Source of the DNA: Blastocystis sp. subtype 4
Taxonomy: Eukaryota
Reading direction: 5' to 3'
Length of the DNA stretch: 32,145 nt
NCBI RefSeq assembly: GCF_000743755.1
Contig: NW_014569423.1
Coordinates: 1 to 32,145 of the forward strand
Both the position numbers and the translations under genes were made by a program. Positions within the stretch are counted from its first letter, which is position 1, and each line of letters starts with the position of its first letter. Shown here one piece after another: positions 24,571 to 32,145 of this stretch. Below the pieces are notes generated by a model that did no database searches, had not been told where the DNA came from, and was given only the letters and a program-made list of their open reading frames with translations.

Positions 24571-24643
24571 TGGATGAGGCGGGCATCGATCCCGCTACCT
24601 ATCCCTTGCGAAGGGATCACTCTACCATTTGAGCTACACACCC
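24571..24643 (-). tRNA. tRNA-Ala (anticodon CGC)
   Basis: GGGTGTG-TA-GCTC AAATGGTA GAGT-G-ATCCC TTCGCAA GGGAT-AGGTA-GCGGG ATCGATG CCCGC-CTCATCC-A. G3:U70 alanine determinant, A54-type T loop, downstream TTTT. Confidence 0.93.
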
Positions 24644-24709
24644 AGAACATAAACCTTCGCCTCTTTCTATATATCAAAACATCTTTCCGTTATTCAGTTC
24701 ATTCATTTA

Positions 24710-26712
24710 ATGAGGAGACATATGAGAGTACCTTTAGTCTGTTTGGTGGTCATATCTATTATGTGTTTTACGTATTTGGAATGTTTGTACTGATCATCTA
24801 GACTGAATAGACTAAGGGACTCAGTTACATCGCATTTTAGAAAGCCAGCTGTTGATTTTAACATAAACGTACTTTTTGCATTGTTCATTCCTTGATAGTC
24901 GTATCCAAACGCTTCCCAATTCTCGGATCAACCAAATCTAGATAGTGATTTTTCAGAAGAGACTACTTCAGAAGTAGGTAACATTACCGAATCGCATGCG
25001 ATTGTTACTACTCTTCCATCGAGCGTCTATTTGTATAATGATGTGAATTTCACAGCAACAACATACACGCCAACCATTGCTGCTACTACTTTCCCATCTA
25101 CTTCTCTCTTAGATGAGAATTTGGATAAAGATCGGCCGTCACATGCTATGCGTCATAATTCTACTGACAGTGCTCTTTCTTCCACTACGAAGCACCCTTT
25201 CCATGTTAATCCTTCCATATCGCAGTATTATAAAACAAGCCGACTCACAAGAATGACCAGTTCGCTGACAAGACTGATGGATGGTGATAAGTATCGTCCA
25301 GAGCCAGTTTATCGACAAACCTATTATGTACTTCGGCGCAAAGCACTTGACATGACTAGAGAATGGCGTATCTATCGACTGAAACTGGACGCCTATAATA
25401 AGCGGATTCAGAAAGGACTCAAAGCTGTTCGTCCGATAGAACCTTCTCCCACCCCTCGTCCAAAGCCTATCATAGAGGATCCCGACTTTAATGGAATGGA
25501 TCCTCCATCCGTTCCTAGCGTTTATCATGAATACAAACGAATTTTGTGGAAGCAGTCGGAGATGGTTCGAATACGTCAATTCAAGGGGAATGAAGAAGTG
25601 AGTTTTAATGATGAGATTGTATATCCGTCCCGTGATCAAGAATATTCTGTGACGTATGTTGCTGTTGGAACGTATTCATGATGGGTTGCTATGATGGACA
25701 GATATACACGAATCTTCTTCATCCCTCATCTTCTAAATCGATGGAAAGGGTATTGTTGATTTCTTCCTATCATTCCTAGTCCTATGTGTTTAGTGATGTA
25801 TGGTATGGATTACGAAGAGGAGAAGTATCTAACCTACTTCAGTCAGAGGAACTATGATTCACGACTCACAACAATTCTGTATCTGGTGAAAAATGGAACA
25901 GAGACTGCAAATACATTTCCTATTAATGCTCTACGGAATTTGGGGATTCGAATGTCGCGTTCTACACATTATATTGTCTTTGATATGGATGTATGGCCGG
26001 CAATGGATCTCTACGATAGTCTTATGAGTCTGTCACCAGAGATTCTAAATAGTGAAAAATCTCTAGTGATTGTTCCTATCTTCTTTTATGATCTTGGAGT
26101 CATGCTTTTACAATGTGGCTCCCTAAGTAATTGTACGAAGCTGTATATGTTTTTGGATTCATTGATGTGTAGTGGATTACAGTATTTCCCTAGTAATCGA
26201 ACAGTATTAAGGGCCTGTATTAGGGCTCGTGTTTGCATGTCCCATAAGGCTGATGTGTTCACACATGGTTATACCAATCGAGATTGGCTGAATTGGAATG
26301 GAAACTCGGTAATGGAAATGAGATGTGTGCTTAATGACTTCCAAGAGCCTTATGTAATGTTACGGCGATCTCCCAATACTCCACTCTTTGATGAACGATT
26401 TGTCAATTATGGATACAATAAAGTTCAGCTTATTGAACATTTGAGATATTTAAGTACGGTTTGGTATTCAGATTATGAATAGACTATCATTTTTTGATCC
26501 TCATGAATAGTTTTACAATGGATACTCCTCATCGCAATTCCAAGTTTAGTAAATCGTTCCGAAGGAACTTGAATACAACAGATCCGATGAAGTCACTAAT
26601 TGAAGTTTATCGAGAGGAACTAAAGAATAAGTATGGGACTGAACCTACACTAAGAGAGTGTCACTCGAACAAAGTCCAGTTTTACAAGACGGTTGATATC
26701 AAACACTTGTAA
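24710..26712 (+). CDS. Type II membrane glycosyltransferase, GT49 family (B4GAT1/LARGE C-domain-like)
   Basis: N-terminal membrane anchor (VPLVCLVVISIMCF), Ser/Thr/Pro-rich stem, FPINALRNLG, DxD motif FDMD, EPYV..., LFDERFVNYGYNKVQ. Confidence 0.85.
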
Positions 26713-26763
26713 TTTTTCTTCCTATCATGTTTCTTCGTTTACAGTTTGACATGACACACACAA

Positions 26764-28046
26764 ATGGAGAATCTTGTGATTTGTGTGATTGGATTAGGAT
26801 ATGTGGGTCTTCCTATGGCTGTTGCATTTGCCAATAAGGGAGTGAAAGTGATTGGTTTTGACATTTGTAAACCCAAAGTAGAAGCTTACAAAAATGGTAT
26901 AGATCCAACTTCTGAGGTTGGAAGTGAGAATTTAAAAAACACTCTTTCAGTCGGTAATCTCACTCTCACTTCCGAATTGGATGAGATACGTTCTGCTAAC
27001 TTTTATATTGTTGCTGTTCCAACTCCTGTGAATAATGACCGTTCCCCTGATGTTCATCCTGTTGCAGGCGCTTCTGAGGTTGTCGGAAAGGTTCTTAGCA
27101 AGGGAGACTATGTTGTTTTCGAGTCTACTGTCTATCCTGGACTTACTGAGGAGTTGTGCATTCCTATTATTGAGAAGTTCTCTGGTTTGAAGTATATGAA
27201 GGAGTGGAAGCTTGGTTACTCCCCTGAGAGAATCAACCCAGGTGACAAGGTCCATACTTTCCGTACCATCACGAAGATCGTGTCTGGTTGTGATGCAGAG
27301 TCTCTGGACAGAATTGCTAAGGTGTATGAAATGGTCGTTGAGCCTGGCGTGTGTCGTGCGTCTTCTATCAAGGTAGCTGAAGCTGCTAAGGTGATTGAGA
27401 ATTCTCAGCGTGATATCAACATTGCTTTCATGAATGAGTTGGCAATAATATTTGATAAGATGGGTATCGATACAAATGATGTGTTGGATGCTGCTGGAAC
27501 CAAGTGGAACTTCCTTCACTTCCATCCTGGTCTTGTGGGTGGTCATTGTATTGGAGTGGATCCTTATTATCTGACCTATTGTGCTCAGAATCTGGGATAC
27601 ACCAGCACCATCATTCAAAGTGGTCGTCTTCTGAATGATTCTATGGGTACCTGGATTGCTACCAGTGTGGACTTGTGGTGAAGGGTGCTCGTGTGTGTGT
27701 GATGGGTATCACTTTCAAGGAGAACTGTCCTGATACTCGTAATAGCAAGGTCCATGATATCCTTAATGAATTGAAGGAGTACGAGATTGAGGTTATGTCG
27801 TGTGATCCTCTGGCTCCTCCTGAAGAGATCAAGAAGTATTATGGAATTGATCTTGTGGATATTAAGGATGTGAAGGATTGTGATGCTGTTGTGATGGCCG
27901 TGGCTCATAAGCAATATGCTGAGATGACCATGAGTGACCTCCATACCTTGTTCAAGCCTGATATCAAGCAGAAGCTTGTCTATGATGTCAAGGGTGTGAT
28001 TAGCAGAGAGAATATCCCATCTGATATGGTTCTCAAGAGACTCTAA
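26764..28046 (+). pseudogene. Bacterial-type UDP-N-acetylhexosamine 6-dehydrogenase (TviB/WbpO/CapL-like), intronless, frameshifted at ~27668 (pseudogene or assembly error)
   Basis: [73 protein letters not shown] (catalytic Cys); second frame MGITFKENCPDTRNSKV, AVAH, YDVKG. Confidence 0.8.
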
Positions 28047-28065
28047 ATGTGTGTGGGGACAGTTT

Positions 28066-28073
28066 TGTTTGTT
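28066..28073 (+). terminator. TGTTTGTT 3'-end motif (UDP-HexNAc dehydrogenase)
   Basis: Exact motif 19 nt after the TAA. Confidence 0.75.
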
Positions 28074-28117
28074 AACTAGTGCATCATTGTTTTCTCCAAG
28101 TCCACATTATCTAATTT

Positions 28118-28891
28118 ATGTCAAAGGTATGAATATTCTTCTTCTTTACATAACTGGAAGGTCGATTGGGAAGCAATCAGTGTCGATAAGCACCGATCGA
28201 ATTATCTGGGAAATAGCATAAAGGGAGCACCTAGTCGATCATGTCCAAGTAAACCTAGACTCTGCATTCTCATGTTTAGATCCATTATGGTATACGAAGC
28301 AAGAGGAAGTTGCAGATGATGAAGAAGTGAAACTAAAAATCAAAGTATGTGAAAAGATGCTAAATACCATGTTCTCATCGTTTTGTAGTTACAAGATGAA
28401 TTGGCCATGATGGCTGCATTAGGGCTTAAAGTACCGGAAATTAAACACGAAGCGAAGAAATTGGAAGTCACGGACCTTTCTGTATGAGATCTTTTGGTTT
28501 CTTGTTGTAGACGATTGTCGGACGAGGTCAAGAATTGGAGAGCGATCTACAGGGAGAGCGAGTGATGGGAGCTGGTAAGGGGCCTTCTCGCCAACTGGAT
28601 GTTGTAACCGAAGTTTATGTTTGAAATTTGGATGATCTGTAGAAACTGGTCTCTGAACCAACAAAAACTGGTCCTGTTCCTAAGGAACGACGGAATGTCA
28701 TTTATTTGAAGCCTAGTCCCATACCTGGAGTAGTTTCCAATACATCTCCTTCAAATTCATCGGAAAAGGAGCGTCCACATCATCATCACCATCACGTAGC
28801 ATTTAACGATAGGCTTCAGTCGTAGAGACATGGTCAAGGACATCATCACAGACATCATTCAGATCGGTCAAGATCCAGATCTCGATCTTAA
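28118..28891 (+). CDS. MMTAG2/C1orf35-like protein with His/Arg/Ser-rich tail
   Basis: Spliced DWEAISVDKHRSNYLGNSIKGAP...DPLWYTK...QDELAMMAALGLK resembles the MMtag domain (W.DVK.DK.RENYLG.S...WY.K...AALG). Ends HHHRHHSDRSRSRSRS*. Confidence 0.72.
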
Positions 28892-29028
28892 GTTTTCAAC
28901 TTTATGTATTATGATTGTTTTTACGTACATGTTTCTTTTATGTAACGATTGACAAGAAACGAGTCCCACGTGCTGTGTCTCGAAACTCCCAAATAGAACA
29001 CATTTTCTGAAGTTGTTGTATTTTAGGG

Positions 29029-30606
29029 ATGAATCGTATGCCTGCATCCGTTCTTGCGGATCTCCGTAAGATGCCTGGAAATGATGTTTGTTTGTGTTTG
29101 GGTAGAGTTATGATCTAGGTTTGTGTCGATTGTGGAGCTGCTAGGCCGCAATGGGCATCCGTTTCGTATGGAGTTTTCATTTGTTTGGAGTGTTCCGGTC
29201 AACATCGTGGTCTAGGAGTTGGTTATTTCATATCTACTAATGATTAGGTGCATCTGAGTTTTGTGCGTTCAGTGCAAATGGATTCATGGAGTGAGAAGGA
29301 GATCAAGGCAATGCAAGTTGGTGGAAACAAGCAGCTTCGTGATTTTTTCTCCAGTCATGGTATCTCCAATAAGTCCTCTATCAAGAAGAAGTACAACTCT
29401 TCAGCAGCAGCGTTGTATCGTGAGATGTTGTCACTGATAGGTTGTTTTAGTTGTAGAATCCAGGCTAAAGTGGATGGAAGAGAACCTCCTAGTGAACTGT
29501 CCCAAGAAACAGTGAATTCGGAGAGTGATGAAGGGTTGTAGTGTTGAGTTAGATGAATGAATAGTGAAGATATTCGTGAAGAGGATCCGATTCAACGGGA
29601 AATCCGGTTGCGGGCTGAGGCGAAGGAGCGTCTTCAGAAGAAGTTTGGAGCAGGTGGATTAGGATCTCAAGCCGTTGGTTCTTCTCCAATTCCTCCAGGT
29701 GGATATGGAAATCAGCCCCAAAACCAAACTCCGTCATGGGCAACAGATGAGTGGGAGAGTTGATGAAGAGTGATTCATAGTCTGACAAAGACACTAGCAT
29801 CGATTGGACAAGGTGTATCCAAGTCACTGGAGTCAGGAGTGAATTCTGTACGTACAAAGCTGAATGACCCAAATCTACAGAAGGAGGTGAAAGAGAAAGC
29901 AGCTGCTGGTTGGTCATGGCTCTCGAGCACAGCAACAACCTTGTGGTCAGCTGCTAAGGAGACTGCTTCGACAATCGCTTCAGAATTGGCTGATGATGGT
30001 ACTAAGAAACCGAACTCTCCTCGACCCAGTGTCCCTGCTGCGTGAGTGAATGAAGAGAGAGTGAGGAATAGAGAGACTCGGTCACCAAAGGAAGCAGTTC
30101 ATACTGATCGTACTCCTGTGGAAGAACGGCATTACAGTGATGGAAATGAAGATATTGAGAATGAGGATGACTGGATGGAACGAGAGATGAAGAAGGCAAA
30201 GTAGGATTGAATGAGATGAATGAGGAATAGAGAGAATCTGAAGATTAGTGATAAGAAGTCAAGTACGAAGGAAGCTGCGAGTGTGAAGACAATGACAACA
30301 AGTGATGGGTTGAAGATTGGAATTGAACCTACGAAGCGACACCACAGTCATCATCGCAGTCATCATCATAGTCATGGCCGTGAGTGAATGAAAGACTAGT
30401 GATATGTAGCTGTGAAAGCATCAAAGGACGACTTAGATAATTGGCTGAATGATGATGACGATGAGGATAATGATGATGATCTAGAGATAAAAGAACCGAA
30501 GAAGTCAGAATCAAAGAAAGATTCGAAGAAAAGGTGGGTTTCAAAGAAAGAGCTGATAGTTAGTGTTCCTACTACAGATGACTTTTTCGCTGAGTTTGGA
30601 GTCTAA
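29029..30606 (+). CDS. ADP-ribosylation factor GTPase-activating protein (ArfGAP1-like)
   Basis: [57 protein letters not shown] zinc finger with Arg finger; amphipathic GWSWLSS segment; ends DDFFAEFGV*. Confidence 0.92.
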
Positions 30607-30643
30607 TTGTATAACACGATGTGATCTACGGGAATATTCACAC

Positions 30644-30662
30644 TCTTTGTTAGAAACAAACA
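30644..30662. terminator. Back-to-back 3'-end motifs for ArfGAP (+, TCTTTGTT variant) and eL42 (-, TGTTTGTT)
   Basis: Sequence TCTTTGTTagaAACAAACA between the convergent genes. Confidence 0.6.
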
Positions 30663-30702
30663 AACCAGCTTAAAGCACATCCACACAGAATCCCAATTCA
30701 GC

Positions 30703-31145
30703 TTAATACTGTTGAGCATCCTTGTTCTTCTTCTCACCAATCTCAAGGGTCTTGCAGCGCTTCAAAGGTCTCTGAGCCTTCGCCTTGCACTCCTTGCACT
30801 CCAGACGGAGCACCAGCTTCTTGGTCTGCTTCGCCTACACATAACACACCAATTCAGAAAAGACCTTCTTGTGGAAGATAGGCTTGGTCTGACCACCGAA
30901 ACCCTTTTGCTTCGAATCGTATCTTCTCTTTCCTACGTTCATAACCTCCCTCTACAACAAAGCCAACCCTGAGGAGTCAAAGAAGCCTTTCCAGCCTTGT
31001 ACTGAGTCACCTTGTGCTCAGTGTGCTTATTGCACTTCTTGCAATAGGTATTCTCGGTCTTGGGAACGTGAACCTACACAGTGTAACTCTTTCTATCCCA
31101 AACTAATCTCAATCAACTTCTATTAACACACCAAATCCATACCAT
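30703..31145 (-). CDS. RPL36A: 60S ribosomal protein eL42 (L36a/L44)
   Basis: [32 protein letters not shown]...[39 protein letters not shown]...; three introns, the first 69 nt (31074-31142). Confidence 0.96.
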
Positions 31146-31248
31146 TTCTGAGAGATATGCTTTACCACGAAATTGTGATGAATTGAATACCGATGGTTTG
31201 TGGTTGCACGTTCAGTGTGAGTTCTTCTATGATAATCATATTCCCTTC

Positions 31249-31256
31249 AACAAACA
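31249..31256 (-). terminator. TGTTTGTT 3'-end motif (GH27)
   Basis: Exact motif 7 nt after the TAA. Confidence 0.75.
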
Positions 31257-31263
31257 GATTAGA

Positions 31264-32145
31264 TTAAGCAATGGGAGTCAAACGGAGCATCTGAACTCCA
31301 TGGACAGGCACACTCTTAGCAACATAACGACTCTCGAACTCACCAAGCTCCTCGTGTTCATAGAGATCACGGAGCGAATACTTCATCTTATTACCAATAA
31401 TCTTAAAATCCAGAGGGATATCCACAACCTCTTCACCATGATTATGAAGAGCAACAGCAACATCACCATTAGCCAGAGGACGAGCCCATACAGAGCGAGT
31501 CTCTTCAAAAGGAGTAATACGAATTCCCTGCTTTCCCATCACATCCTGGTCCACAGCAATGATTTCCTTATTACGAAGGATCTTAACAGCCCATTCAGGA
31601 AGTTCACGAAGATCATTTGACATGATCAGAGGCGAAGCCAGAATGGACCAGATAGCGAAGTGGGACTTGGACTCATCTTCTGTCAACGAACCACCCTTCA
31701 ATCCAGCGACGATCATATCAGCATCATTCCAATGACCAGGTCCAGCATATTCAGCCCACTTAGTCTCATTACCGAATTTGTCCATGATACTCTTGATGGA
31801 CTTCCAGTTACACTCAATATCATCCCAATTTCTCCACAGATTGCAATTGGGAGGGAGAGGAGCATAGTCCATTTCCATATCATAAGCAGGCCATGAGCAA
31901 GAATACACAATCTTACGACCAGTTCCATTCAGGAAGCGAGTCATTGCAGGGTAAGCATCGGCCTGATCAAGAAGTTCTGAATAACATCCATCCATCTTCA
32001 AGTAATCCACTTCCCATTCAGCAAAGGTCTTGGCATCTTCAAGCAAATGGCCTTCAGAACCAGTATAACCTCCACAAGTCTTAGTTCCGTAATCGTTGTA
32101 GATTCCTAGTTTCACTCCCTTCGAATGGGCATAGTCAGCAAGCCA
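31264..32145 (-). CDS. Alpha-galactosidase / alpha-N-acetylgalactosaminidase (GH27), 3' part
   Basis: LADYAHSKGVKLGIY.D.GTKTCGGY.GS, DYLKMDGC, YSCSWP, CNLWRNWDDI, GPGHWNDADM, PLIMSNDLR. The frame is open to the window end. Confidence 0.94.
   Translation of the reverse strand, partial: WLADYAHSKGVKLGIYNDYGTKTCGGYTGSEGHLLEDAKTFAEWEVDYLKMDGCYSELLDQADAYPAMTRFLNGTGRKIVYSCSWPAYDMEMDYAPLPPNCNLWRNWDDIECNWKSIKSIMDKFGNETKWAEYAGPGHWNDADMIVAGLKGGSLTEDESKSHFAIWSILASPLIMSNDLRELPEWAVKILRNKEIIAVDQDVMGKQGIRITPFEETRSVWARPLANGDVAVALHNHGEEVVDIPLDFKIIGNKMKYSLRDLYEHEELGEFESRYVAKSVPVHGVQMLRLTPIA

Noticed and set aside
24571..24643. tRNA pseudogene or integration site because of a U6:U67 acceptor mismatch
   Set aside because: Cloverleaf, A/B boxes, G3:U70 and terminator are intact, and no duplicated tRNA end or integrase is nearby.
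30870..30905. Cycloheximide-resistance allele of eL42
   Set aside because: The sequence is GQTKPIF, retaining the sensitive-type Pro.
18630..32145. GH2, GH27, GT49 and the dehydrogenase as one carbohydrate gene cluster
   Set aside because: They are interspersed with unrelated housekeeping genes on both strands. Only the adjacent GT49/dehydrogenase pair is kept as a lead.
1..32145. Transposons, CRISPR arrays, viral inserts
   Set aside because: No transposase, RT or integrase motifs, terminal repeats or regularly spaced repeats were seen by eye.

Overview
Gene-dense, AT-rich eukaryotic nuclear DNA. The hallmarks point to Blastocystis (inference; probably a low-GC subtype): ubiquitous ~29-32 nt GT-AG introns that shatter the ORF track, intergenic gaps as short as 35-70 bp, and a TGTTTGTT 3'-end motif after most genes. 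Gene order: 5' part of a secreted/surface protein (-), solitary 5S rRNA (+), PA200/PSME4-like (+), beta-COP (-), nicotinate phosphoribosyltransferase (+), legumain-like C13 protease (-), RTEL1/FANCJ-like Fe-S helicase (-), DGAT2/MOGAT (-), GH2 beta-mannosidase (+), divergent Cks1 (+), class-3 lipase (-), hypothetical acidic protein (-), tRNA-Ala(CGC) (-), GT49 glycosyltransferase (+), frameshifted bacterial-type UDP-HexNAc 6-dehydrogenase (+), MMTAG2-like (+), ArfGAP (+), eL42/RPL36A (-) and the 3' part of a GH27 alpha-galactosidase (-). I found no mobile element or CRISPR array and cannot demonstrate a clearly new system. The best leads are the GT49 plus bacterial uronate-donor dehydrogenase pair, a legumain with a rebuilt S1 pocket, a candidate polyadenylation-created stop codon, and back-to-back 3'-end motifs between convergent genes. 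All family calls are from recalled motifs, not database searches, and gene boundaries were spliced by eye.
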